A stretch of 64,000 bases of DNA from positions 128,001-192,000 of the forward strand of contig CAVYNY010000035.1 in NCBI GenBank assembly GCA_963769935.1. Reading direction: 5' to 3'. Positions within the stretch are counted from its first letter, which is position 1; each line of letters opens with the position of its first letter. A program made the position numbers and the translations under genes. The DNA is from an uncultured delta proteobacterium (lineage in GTDB: Bacteria > Desulfobacterota > Desulfobacteria > Desulfobacterales > JAFDCJ01). Of this stretch, positions 11,877 to 23,524 are shown piece after piece. The notes below the pieces were generated by a model that worked only from the letters and a program-made list of their open reading frames with translations, made no database searches and had not been told where the DNA came from.

Positions 11877-12342
11877 CTCTCTTGCCCGTTCGTTTAGCTC
11901 CAGAAAAATTCTGAGTTGCCAAGGTAGCATTGGAATTTTTTAAGAATAAAACGTCGACATGCCCCCCACGCTTCAGAACCAAATATTAAAACTCGATATC
12001 GATTTCGGGGTATACATGGTCGGCCGCTGGGAACGTACCCTGGTGATGCTGGATTCAGGTGACTTTTCCAGGAGGTTGGTGGATGCCGGCCGGAAGGATT
12101 AGGGGTGCCTCAATTCGCGGTGACTTTAAACATGTTGGTTTGAATACCTTAGGATTTCATAATCCAAGTATTATTAACCTGGCACATCACAAATCCAGCC
12201 ATCAAGCGATATCCGACAAGAGATGACAAGAGATGAAATCATAACAAACACTCGCTTTGTAGATCTCCCTATGTGTGAAATCCGTTGTATTCCAGCTTTA
12301 AGACCTCCAGCGGCTGCGTTAGCAGAGGTCGAATAAATACCG

Positions 12343-15300
12343 TCACCCGCTGGCGACCTTGAAGAGTTTATGCGTGTAGGACTCGCGCAGGGCCCGGTGA
12401 ACAGTCGGCGGAAAGGGATGGGGAACTGGTTTGCGGTTGGTATCCCGCCGCACCCACACTACAGTCTGTTCGCCGGCGGCCAATTTCAGATGACGGCCGT
12501 CCGGCAATATCTTGAAGTAGTCGAAATGCAGCGTCGCCCGCGATGTTTGCAGCGTCTTCAATGACATGCGGATTTCGATGCGGTCAAAAGGCATTCCCTC
12601 CCGCAGGTGGTCGATCCGGCAATTCAAACATATCAGCTCACCAGCCTCACCCGTCCCCTGAAAACATTCGGGAACTAAGCTATAGAAATAATGGTCCCGA
12701 GCCCTGCCCTGCCAGGCGTAATAGTTCGCATAATAAATGTTGCCGACGATGTTGCCATCTTCGAGCGAGGTGTCGATGTGTTGGGTATAAAGTACAGGCT
12801 CAATCACCGGTCCGACAGGAGCAATGTACAGATAGTTTTCATCATTGCATTCGTATAAATTGCGCAACGGTTCATGAATCCTGTCCGGTACATAGGGGTC
12901 ATGATTTCTCGACAGCATATCATCCATAAAAGCAGCATAGTAGTCGGGATAAGGTTCTACCTTGGCAACACCGTGGTCGAGGATTCTGACCCATGTAGTC
13001 TTTTGGTCCAACCAGGCCAGACGTTCATACGCACCTCCAGGAAGTAATCTTCTAAAATCATATGTTAATTCAGTCGTAGAATTCTGAGGACCTTCATTCC
13101 CAGACACCCACAGCCAGACTTCGATCAGATCGTGAGTCTTAGCTTCCCCCAGGATCTTCAAATCGGCAAAATTAGTTACACCACCCCATTTGCCGCTTTC
13201 AAATTGTTCTGACAATCTTTCCAAAACAGGCCAGGCCGAGGCTTCACGAACCATCCCGGCCCAGAAAAAATAATGGCTAAAGTAAACATGGCGGCTAAGT
13301 TGTCCGGCCGGTTGGAATGTTACCGGAAAGCGATGAATAAATACATCCTGTCCCTCGGGACCGGCTTTAATGAGTTTATAATGGTGCCGGTCAAACAGAT
13401 CCTCAAAGCCCGGATAGTTGACTTCAGGTTCATCTTCTAACGCTAAGAGGGTGTTGGAATTCTCAGCGCTCAATGCAAACACTCGTTTGTTGCCTCTCGT
13501 TAGTAAGGTTAGAAATGCTATTATTTTACAGTTCCCTTCATCTGAGCTGCAACTAAAAAGCCATCCGTTTTCTATTCTCTTTTCAATGCTCATAAATTTG
13601 ATGTTCCGGATCCCCAATTTTTGAATAACTTCCCTTGCAGCCCAGAGCGCAGTCCCGAGCACATCCATAGCGTCTGCACCTATTTGTTCGTCGATCAGCG
13701 GTCCGCAGACAGGGCCCAAAAGCGTCCTCCCATTGCTCAGTAGACCGATTAGTCACTGGAGCAATATCACAGCCGATCGGTCCGTCGGCCGCTACGGCGA
13801 TGCAGTAACGGTGGTCATGGGCCAGTGAGATCTCCAATGTCTCATTCGCTAAAGCAGCAACAGGTTTGCCCGATGGCTGCCAGATTATCTCAACCGGTGC
13901 TTCCTCTTGTTGACCGCGCCCGCTTGCGTTTCGGACTGCCTTTTCAATCAGCGGCCACTCGAGTTCCCGTCTCGCCTCCCGGGGCAATTCATGAATACCC
14001 GGCCGGAAACCCACGTAGACCTCCGTGAGTTTCAATTTAAAATCGGACGCAATCCGGGTAAGATGCTTCCGAAGTTCGGCCGTGTCATGATCATCCGGCC
14101 GCAGAAAATCCGCCACCGTTGGATAATCCGGGTGATGCTGCAAAATTCTTAACCGGTACCCCTCCATTTCCTCGATCAACCCGCCGGTGTCATCAATCAG
14201 TTTCACGTCGGTATGAACATCCTGATCTTTTTGAGCAACCAAACTGGTTTGAATATGCAAACGGTGCGACTTGGAAGGTGGTTGGCTGGATTGATAAATG
14301 TCCCATCGTTTAACGGAGACCGGCAGCGATGTATCCTGTGGGATCAACAGGGCTGCAGACTGCAACAGCGCATCCCGCTGGAATGGATCACCCAGCATCA
14401 GCCTGCGCTTTTCGGGATTCGCAAACGACAGCTCGCCCGGATCCGCATCAGCGGCGGTTGTGCTCAACAGAACGGTTCCGGATCGATCCCTCAGGCGTTC
14501 GAGCTGATACACCCGATCGATCCGCTGAAAGCGCGGCCCCTGAAACAGCAGGCGGTGTCGATAAAGGTCTGCCGGCAAAATATCCAGGCACTCCTGTCGG
14601 CTGCCAACCAAATGGACGGCAGAATTTTCAGTTTGCACCCATCACGAAGGTGGCTGAAAAATGATCCGATTTCATACCCGCGCCGGGTTTGAATATGCCG
14701 GCTTTGATGCTGCTGGGATCTTCTTTTGCCAGGCGCTCCTGTATCCGGGCATAAACGACGATATCCGCACCATCCTCCGGGTCAACGGTGATGGGCCGCT
14801 GCATTTGGAGATCCTCCACGCTTATGCTGCGAAATTTCGTTAAACCGGTAACATGGGCGACCACCTGGGCCATCGCTTCCAGGCCGAATACCGTCGGAAA
14901 CAAATAGGAGCCGTTAAAGCAGTGGTCTTTGAGATAAAGATCCTGCGCATGCGACAGGTGGACTGCGAAAGCGGATTCGACCCCGGGAGTATGGTGGATC
15001 AACCGGTCCAGGAACCGTGCGCCGTCAAGGGGTTGCGTGGGCTGCATCGGCAGGGTATCCAAGGGCGCCATGCGGGCCGAAATGACCACCTGATGGGTGC
15101 CGGGATCATGGCGGAACAGGCGCACAAAGCGTCGAATACCCTCTTCATTTGGAATCGCATCAATCCCCTTTCTCTTCAGGGCCGAGACACTGCCCAGTTT
15201 CGCCCCCATGCCTGTATCGCGCCAGACGCTGTAGGCAACTGAGAGCGTCCGCGTTTGCGGGTGATCGGCTCCAAAATGGCGCAGAATAAGGTCCAGGGCT

Positions 15301-18300
15301 TCGTTGGAGAAAGCATACCAGCTGTTGCCCGGCATTCCGGAAACGCCGATTACCGAGGTCAGGCCGACAATTAGCTTGGGCGGATTCTGCTTCAACTCGG
15401 CTAGGATGTTTTGCGCGCCGATAACCTTGGGAGAGACTTCGCGGAGCGCGTCCCCGGGTGCCACCTGGGCGATGCGCCGCGGCAGGTTGAGACCGGCCCC
15501 GTGAATGACGCCGGTGATTGGCCCCATATCCCGGCGGATTTGCTTCAGGGTCTCATGCAGCGCATCTTTTTCACAAACATCGCAACTGTAGTAGCGTGCT
15601 TCAAGGCCAAGGCCCTCAAAGCGCTCCAGCACACCGGCACTGTTGCCCCCGTCCAAATCATCCTTTTTGAGCCCGCTCCGCGGTGTGCGCCCGATCAGCG
15701 CCATGCGGGCTCCGGTGTTGCGCGCCACGGCCAGAGCGCATTCGGATGTAATTCCTTTGGCGCCTCCTGTGACAAGGATGACGTCGTTCGTCGACCACGG
15801 AATATTATCTGAACAATAATAGACTGGCTGCAATAGATTTACCCGGGCCGTGCGTCGTGTGAGCTTCCGGTCGTAGCCGACCTCGGCAAATTTTGTGGGA
15901 TCCTGCATCTCCTGGATGGCCTTTTCGGCGATCTCTTTTTCGGCTATCTTCGAATCGAAATCAATCACACGGACCTTCAAATCCCGCCGCTCGAGATGCA
16001 CGCTCTTAGCCAGCGCTGAGGTGCAGCACTGGTGGAGGTCGGCGGCATCGGAGCCGGTTCCGAAAACCCCCCCGCCGAACTGGATAAAAGCCAGACAGGC
16101 GTGACGGCGGCGGCCACTGGAGGCCGGCGATGGAAGAGCCGCACAGGCCAACCGGCCAATAATGGACTTCATGTCATCCTCGGCTGGCGGGTCTTCCCGG
16201 CTCGAACGCGGCAACACCACAATAAAATGTGAAAATTTGCCAAAACCATGGGAGAAGTCAATGGATGTGTCTGGATCATAGGCAATTCGAAAGACCCCGG
16301 CGCCTCTTTCGACCAACTGATCGCCAAGCGCCTGGCAGATGTCGTCTTGCGAATCAGGACTTAAAATCAGGACATTGGCTTTGGACCATTTGTCCTCGGT
16401 GCGTTTTCCAAAACCGGCCGGCAGCGGGGCTGGATCCGTCTCAACCAGGCTGACTTTGAATTCCCTGACCCAGGAGTGCGGCAGAGCGGCAACGGCCGCA
16501 TCTACCGCCAAGCTATCGGTATTGGCAACGCGGGCAATAATAGCGGCGATCTGATTTAAACCGAGATTTATCAAGGGAGGAAGATCAATATTAAGATTCA
16601 GATGAAATTGATTGGATACCGCCTGCAACAGGTCCTCCATTTGCTCGACACCCAGTCCGAATTGGGAGCCCACCGGCGCATCAGCCGATATTTCCGCCTC
16701 GGGGATACCGGTAAACCAAGCAACCTGTTGCACGAGTGCCTGCAATCCATCCCGATGGTCGAACCGGCTGGGTTCGATGCCGCCCTCTTCAAGTCCTTCA
16801 CGCAGACGACCGAACAAATCGATAATTTCCTGGATCGATGCATTAGCCAGTTCTGCCGGATCGACCTGTCCTGCAAGCCCCAAATTCTGTGCGTAGCCGG
16901 CGATGATATCCCCGGATTTGATGGAATCCAGATTCAAGTCATCCAAAAGCCGCAGATCCGGGGTCAGGGTTTCCCTGGGAAAACCGGTGGCTTTTACAAC
17001 CATGCTGTAGAAATGTTCGCCTCCGTGGGATTTTGTCAGAACCGCTTTTTCCTTAGGGGATATTTCGGTCTCAGTTCGGATTTCGGGGCTGCTTTCCGGA
17101 TTGTCGGGGCAGATTTCGACCAGGCTGTGCTTGAGATCGGCTTTGATGACCTCGGCCAGAAAGGCACCCCGCCTGTTCAAATAGTCGCCGAGAGCATCGG
17201 GGGAAAGACCGGCCAGATCCGACAGTAGTGATTCCGCAACTGCCGGGGTGGGTATATGTGCAGCGGGAAGATCCTCGATTTGGCCGGTAAGCGGTTTTTC
17301 GCAGGGGTTTGTAATAAAAGATTTATTGCCGGCCGGAATAAAGGGGTGCATCAGCCGATTCGCATACAATTTGCCCCAGTTGATTTCCGTGCCGCTAACA
17401 AAGAGCCTTGCCAGCAGCTGGTTTAAATCCAGGGTTTGAGATGGCGATGACTCCACCGGCATACAAAAGGGATGATCGTGGTTGGATCCGTGATTCACCA
17501 GGCCGCTCAAAACCCGGCCGGGTCCGACTTCTATCAGGATGTCACTGACTTCGGCGATTGATTCAGCCATTGCGCTAAATTGGACCTGAGCCGTGATCTG
17601 ATGAATAAAGTGCCCCGGCAAATCGTGTCCTGTAAAAACCTCCCCTCCATCCAATCCGCTGAATACACGTATTTTAGGCTTGACAAGTTCGGGCGGCAGC
17701 GTGATGGTTTTGACCATTTTGTCAGCGGCGGGAGCCATCAGCCGGCTATGAAAAGCATTCGAGACCGGCAATAAACGTGTCGAAATATTCTCAGCACGCG
17801 CTAATTGCCGCATCTGATCGATGGCCGCAACCTCACCGGAGACCACCATATGATCGAATGCATTGATATTGGCCAGTGCAGCATAGCCTTCGGTTAAGCG
17901 TTCGAGCAAGGCGTCTACCTGTCCTCGGCTGCATTTCAGGCTCAGCATCGCGCCCGATTGGGGCAGGGTCATGGCCTGTCCCCGCATGAAAGCGAAGCGC
18001 AGCAGCGTGTTTTCATCGAAAGCACCGGCCGCGTAAAATGCAGTAGCCTCACCGAGACTATGGCCGCCGACTGCCGCCGGCACAACGCCGAGATCCAAAA
18101 GGAACCGGTGCCAGAGAATCGAGGCGAGGCAGATGGCCGGCTGTGCATTTGCTGTCAGAGGATAGCGTTCGATACCAGGCGTCCAATTGACTGGCGTTTT
18201 TTGCGCGGTCAAGCGGCGGATAGATGATCCGGCTGAGGGGCTCGGTCTGAAGTTCTTCGCACAGATTATCGGCAGTTTGCAGAATATCCCGGGCCCACTG

Positions 18301-20180
18301 AAATCGCTCGACCAGAAGTTCGGGCCATACCCAATTGTTGTGATCCCTGGCCGGGAAACAGGAACCCGATACGCGGCGGCGCCGCCGGGTGTCCGAGCCA
18401 AATGCCCTCAGTCTCGAATTCCGCTGCAGATGCCCGGAATCGAGGCTTGAATGACTCTAGCATCGATCGAAGCTTTTGCAGCTTACGATGGAGGTCAGTC
18501 AGGATGTCCGGCCATAAAAGCCGCCCGCAGTCAGGTGTTGCGGATTCACCTTATTTGCCAGATGGGCTGCAAAATCAGTCATTTCGGCTAAACTGATGCC
18601 GTTGGTGATTTCGGATGTTTCGCGGCAGATTGCAGCCAATTTCGAGTAGTCCGATCCGCTCGAGGACGAACAACTCCTCGACCTGGTCGGACGCCATCAA
18701 GGCCCGCTCATCGATAGCTGGTTCGAGACGGCTTGCAGGCGGATCTGCGGATGCGATGGTGAGATGGCAATTGATGCCGCCAAAACCCATGGCCGAAATT
18801 CCGGCCTTCAACTTCTCAGCCGGTGCATGCCGTTCGCCGTGTTGGATGGGGTAAACGCCTCGGGCCGCTTTTTCAAATGCCGGATTGGGATAGCGACACG
18901 CTGCCGTCGGCGGGCAGATACGGCGATTGACCCCTATGACCGCCTTGATGAATCCGCCCACTCCACTGGCTGCTTTGGTATGACCCAGGATAGACTTCAG
19001 TGATGAAATTCCGCAATATCGCAGGGATGGATCGCGTAACGGTTGGCCATTCATGGCAGCTGCAATAGCCTCCAACTCGATGCGATCGCCGACAGCCGTC
19101 CCGGTGCCATGGCCTTCTATAAAGTTGACATCATGGATGCCATAGGCGGCCTTTGCATATGCTCTTTCAATGGCAAGCTTCTGGCCCGAGACGCTTGGCG
19201 CAGTCAGGGCGGCATTGCCGCCGTCCGAGGATATGCCCCAGCCATGCAGGACGGCATAAATGTAGTTGCCATCTTTCAGGGCGTCTTCATGGCGCTTCAA
19301 CACCACAAAGCCGCATCCTTCACCCGGTATAAACCCGTTGCCCCGGCGGTCGTAAACGGTCATATCCCCGGGTGTCAGCGCAAGGGTTTTGGAAAATCCG
19401 ATCAGCTCGAATGGATCCAAACTAATATCGACACCACCCGCCAGAGCCAGATCCAGTTCTCCATTCGCCAGTCCAGCAGCAGCCGTTGCGATGGCCAGCA
19501 GCGATGAGGAGCAGGCCCCATCGACCGTATATCCGCCGCCGTCGGCATTCAAGTAATTGCAGATACGGCCGGCAATGGTATTTGAAAGGCCGCCGGCAAG
19601 CGTATCTTCATTGACGGCCGGAAATACCGATTTGTAGTGTTGTTCCAGCACCTCTTCCAATCGGTGCATTTCCCCGGCGGGCATTTTGCATTGTTGCGCG
19701 GCCGCCAGGAAAACTTTGCGAATGATAGGGCCACCTAGCCCGCAAACTGTTGGAACGGGTTTGCTCACCCGTGAGGGTGTTGCCGACGATTACCCCCGTG
19801 CGCCGGCCGGGAAAATCGTCGGCATTGAATCCGGCGTCCGCGATGGCCTGCAGCGCAGTGTCAAGGGCGAGCCAATGGACGATGTCCGTTGCTTCGTAGG
19901 TTGATTTGGGTATGCGGTGGGCCGACCAGTCAAATTCGAATCCGTCGATGACCGCAGCCTGCCGGGCATAGGATTTGTCCGGGGTTTTGACGTCTTCGTG
20001 ATAATAGTCGGCTAATGGCATGCGACAATCGGGCATCCGTCTGAATTGACGCCGGCGACCGAGCACGTTTTCCCACAATTGCCGCGGGGAGGAAGATCCC
20101 GGATAGCGGCAACCCATACCGATCACGGCGATGGGGATCGAAAACCGTTTTCTGTTCAATTGAGTCCCTTCCTTACCCAT
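12343..20180 (-). CDS. Enediyne-type (PKSE-like) iterative type I polyketide synthase KS-AT-ACP-ACP*-KR-DH-PPTase-TE-TE, ~2600 aa, split by several frameshifts
   Basis: PKSE-type KS (LWENVLGRRRQFRR, TDIVHWLALD, GNTLTGE, EDTLAGGLSNTIAGRICN, DGACSSS, EGHGTGT, GHTKAA). AT (FPGQGSQ, GHSLG, NAFHS). ACP LDSI. KR (TGGAKGI, YAFSN). DH (HCFNGSYLFP, LGDPFQRD). PPTase (GKP, SLAH, GCDI, WAARE). Two 4HBT hot-dog thioesterases. Confidence 0.9.
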
Positions 20181-20577
20181 GCTCTCAAGGCCACTCCAAT
20201 TTGGGGTGGTTCACTTCATTAAGTAACAAATATTGCGATATGCAATGCGCTGACTTGTGTTTGTCGCGCCCGAATGCATCGTAAGGCTGGAAACGCGGAA
20301 AGTTCTAAAGAATTTCACCATTTTACCGATAATAAACCTGAATTGCTACTAACATGGAGGCAATAAAGAATCAAGTCCTAACAGAATAAATATTAAAAAA
20401 ATCAGATAGTTAATAAATTTTATTTTTCAAATGAATTTTCAAAGGCCTCTTAATTCAAAAAACAAACTGATTTGGCTTCAGTTTGTATATTTTAAAGGAA
20501 GATTTACCTTTTGCCATTCATATTTGCTAATAATTAGCCGGACTATATTTCTGTTTTCGAGGGAATCCCGACAGTAA

Positions 20578-22947
20578 ATGAATCCAATATGTCTCAAAGA
20601 TATTTTACTTTCCGGAAATCACCGGACATCCACTGCCGTTAAGCTCAAGATCAATCCACTTACACTTTCCTTCCGTGAAGAACAGGCTGGTCTCGAGAAG
20701 CTTTTCTCCTCCAATTATTTTAGTACGAATCTCAAGCATTCAAGACTGTGTCATCTTTTTGCCATATTCTTTTATGGTATCAGCGGGATTCTGGAATTGG
20801 TATTATTTCCAGATTCTAAAGGGGTGGTTTGGACAATCCGCTACGGTATCGTCATCCCCATATTTATCACAGGTCTGCTGTTTTCCTTTTCGACCTATTA
20901 CGCTAAATTCTGGCAATTAATTCATGGGATTTACATTATGGCAACCGGTATCGGTTTTTTAGCGATGATTATTTTTGGACCGAAACCCGCAGTTTTTTCA
21001 TACTATGTTGGCATCATCATGAGCATGTTTTTCGGTTATACGTTTATTCGCGAGCGCTTTATTTTTGCCTCCACATCAGGTTGCCTGCTTCTGATCTCCT
21101 ACTTATTAGCCTCAATATATGTAATCGGTACGCCGTTTAACATCCTATTTCACGACACCTTATATCTGAGCTGTGCGAATCTGCTGGGAATGATGATCTG
21201 CTATTTCATGGAGTACTCCGCCCGAAGAGATTTTTACCTAGTGAATCTATATCAGGAAGAAAGAGAGAAGGTTAACGTTGCAAACCAAGAACTGGAGCGC
21301 CGAGTCAGGGATCGCACCAATGAACTGTGGCAAACCAATAGCAATCTGAGACAGGAAATCATCGAGCGCCAGCGTGCTGAAAGCGCCCTGCGGGAGTCTG
21401 AAGAAAAATATCGTTTGCTGATCGACAATGCGGACACGGCAATTTTTATCGCTCAGGACGGGGTTATCAAATTTCCAAACCCGAAAACCATGGAGTTAAC
21501 CGGCTATATCGCGCAGGAATTGGCCACCAAACCCTTTTCCAATCTCATTCATCACAATGACCGGGACCTGGTCATGGAACGGCACCGGGCTAGGCTGGCG
21601 GGAGAAGATCTGCCCGGCAGCTATGAATTCAGGTTTTTAAACAAGGATGGTCGGGAACTGTGGGGCCATCTCAACACAGCCGTGATATCCTGGGAAAGAC
21701 GCCCGGCAACTCTGAATTTTTTGCGTGATGTCACATCCCAGAAGATTTTGGAAAACAAGTTGAGACAGGCCCAAAAATTGGAAGCCATCGGCACGGTGGC
21801 CGGGGGTGTCGCCCATGACCTGAATAACATTTTATCGGGTGTTGTCAGTTACCCGGAACTTCTGCTGCTGGATTTGCCTGCTGACAGCCCCTTGAGAGCG
21901 CCTATCGAAACCATTCAGGAAACTGGGAAAAAAGCCGCCGCCATTGTGCAGGACATGCTGACGCTGGCCAGACGGGGCGTAGAAGTTTCCGAGGTTATAA
22001 ATTTGAACCAGATTGTCGCTGACTATCTGAGCAGTCCGGAGTATGAAAAGCTATGCTCCTATCATGAGCAGATGTCAGTTGAAATGGATATGGATCCGAA
22101 TTTGCATAACATATCAGGGTCCCCCATTCATATTTTAAAAACCATCATGAATCTAGTTTCGAACGCCGCCGAAGCCATGCCGGAAGGCGGAACTATCCAA
22201 ATCTCAACCAAAAACTGCAATATCGCCGGATCTCATAAAGAAATAGAGAAAATTGCGCCGGGTGAATACGCCACCCTGTCCATCGTCGACAGCGGGACAG
22301 GAATCTCGGCGCAGGATCTGGACCGGATATTTGAACCTTTCTTCACCAAGAAGAAGATGGGCCGGAGCGGAACCGGTTTGGGAATGGCCGTGGTATGGGG
22401 AACGGTCCATGACCATAATGGCCATATCGAAGTTCAAACGACGGAGGGCAAAGGTACGGCCTTCACCCTTTACTTTCCCACCACCAGTGAACCGTCGCTG
22501 CAAGATAAACCGAAGCCGTCCCTAAATGATTTGAAAGGCCATGGAGAGTCAATCCTTGTCGTCGACGATGTCCGGGAACAAAGAGAGATTGCCTCCAAGA
22601 TATTAAAAAAATTGGGATATATGGTGACAACCGCTGCGAGCGGCGAGGATGCCGTTCAATATCTGAAAGAGAAATCCGCCGATCTGCTGATTCTGGATAT
22701 GATTATGAGTCCGGGGATTGACGGACTTGAGACTTATCAACGCGCACTGGAGATACGGTCAGATCAGAAGGCAATTATCGCCAGCGGTTTTTCGGAAACG
22801 GAGCGTGTCAAAGAGGCTCAGCTTTTAGGGGCAACGAAATATGTAAAAAAGCCATATTCAATCGAAAAAATCGGTGAAGCAGTGAAAGCGGAGCTGCACG
22901 GCGGCAGAACCAACAGCCGGATTAAAACCAGATCAGTTGAGCATTAG
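20578..22947 (+). CDS. Multi-pass membrane hybrid sensor kinase (TM-PAS-HisKA-HATPase-REC)
   Basis: About 6 TM helices, a PAS domain, GGVAHDLNN H-box, GSGTGLG and C-terminal receiver LILDMIM. Confidence 0.92.
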   Translation: MNPICLKDILLSGNHRTSTAVKLKINPLTLSFREEQAGLEKLFSSNYFSTNLKHSRLCHLFAIFFYGISGILELVLFPDSKGVVWTIRYGIVIPIFITGLLFSFSTYYAKFWQLIHGIYIMATGIGFLAMIIFGPKPAVFSYYVGIIMSMFFGYTFIRERFIFASTSGCLLLISYLLASIYVIGTPFNILFHDTLYLSCANLLGMMICYFMEYSARRDFYLVNLYQEEREKVNVANQELERRVRDRTNELWQTNSNLRQEIIERQRAESALRESEEKYRLLIDNADTAIFIAQDGVIKFPNPKTMELTGYIAQELATKPFSNLIHHNDRDLVMERHRARLAGEDLPGSYEFRFLNKDGRELWGHLNTAVISWERRPATLNFLRDVTSQKILENKLRQAQKLEAIGTVAGGVAHDLNNILSGVVSYPELLLLDLPADSPLRAPIETIQETGKKAAAIVQDMLTLARRGVEVSEVINLNQIVADYLSSPEYEKLCSYHEQMSVEMDMDPNLHNISGSPIHILKTIMNLVSNAAEAMPEGGTIQISTKNCNIAGSHKEIEKIAPGEYATLSIVDSGTGISAQDLDRIFEPFFTKKKMGRSGTGLGMAVVWGTVHDHNGHIEVQTTEGKGTAFTLYFPTTSEPSLQDKPKPSLNDLKGHGESILVVDDVREQREIASKILKKLGYMVTTAASGEDAVQYLKEKSADLLILDMIMSPGIDGLETYQRALEIRSDQKAIIASGFSETERVKEAQLLGATKYVKKPYSIEKIGEAVKAELHGGRTNSRIKTRSVEH

Positions 22948-23074
22948 ATGAAAAACCCTGGGATGCCAACGCAAAATCTTCCATTATTCTTGACAGGTAT
23001 GATCGATTCTCATATGCTTTCATACGGTTTTATCTGGACTATTATGGTTTTAAAATAGGAGATTAAGAAAAGAA

Positions 23075-23353
23075 ATGACCACAGAAGAACGCGGGGTAGG
23101 CGTGGACGATGTAGCCGTCCACCTCGGGGTGGCCAAGGACCCGGTGTATAGATGAATCGAGCAACGGAAGCTTCCTGCTCACCGAGTGGGATGACTCTTT
23201 CGTTTCAAGTTATCCGAAATAGACGAGTGGGTGCGCCAAGACAACGAGCGGGAGCAGTCCCCAAATTTCGTCAAAAGCCGACCCTCCTCGAAAACAGATG
23301 CAAATCAATCAACAACAAAAACACGCTCACGTAAGATAGGCTGGAATGAGTAG
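23075..23353 (+). pseudogene. Excisionase-like HTH DNA-binding protein, two internal TGA stops
   Basis: MTTEERGVGVDDVAVHLGVAKDPVYR*IEQRKLPAHRVG*LFRFKLSEIDEWVR. Stops at 23153 and 23192. Confidence 0.8.
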
Positions 23354-23520
23354 CAATCTGCTCACATCTCAGATAGGGCAGCGGATATTGCTCCGTGGGC
23401 ACTTTGATGTTCTCGTGGCCCTGGAAGATGCGCGACCGCTCGGCTCTGATGATTCGGCAGGCTTTGAGTGCCGTGTTTATCTTTCTGACGGTTCATTGGA
23501 AGAAGCTGTTATTTCCGGGA
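23346..23520 (+). pseudogene. N-terminal fragment of a larger protein, probably a defence-associated SNF2-type helicase
   Basis: GQRILLRGHFDV..LEDARPLG..GFECRVYLSDGSLEEAVIS ends abruptly. Family recalled from memory only. Confidence 0.4.
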
Positions 23521-23524
23521 AAGG

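Noticed and set aside
11959..12102. 47-codon ORF downstream of the PKS
   Set aside because: No clear RBS and no recognisable family.
12343..20180. PUFA synthase PfaA, or a true enediyne antibiotic cluster
   Set aside because: The KS motifs and integrated PPTase are PKSE-type and no pfaBCD genes are present. The E3/E4/E5 and tailoring genes needed for an enediyne are also absent.
20472..20487. Sigma-54 promoter in the PKS/kinase spacer
   Set aside because: The spacing after GG is 9 rather than 10 bp and the -12 element is GT.
23153..23194. TGA codons read as Trp or selenocysteine
   Set aside because: TGA ends many ordinary genes in this window. The second TGA aligns to an expected Arg, and the neighbouring genes are decayed.
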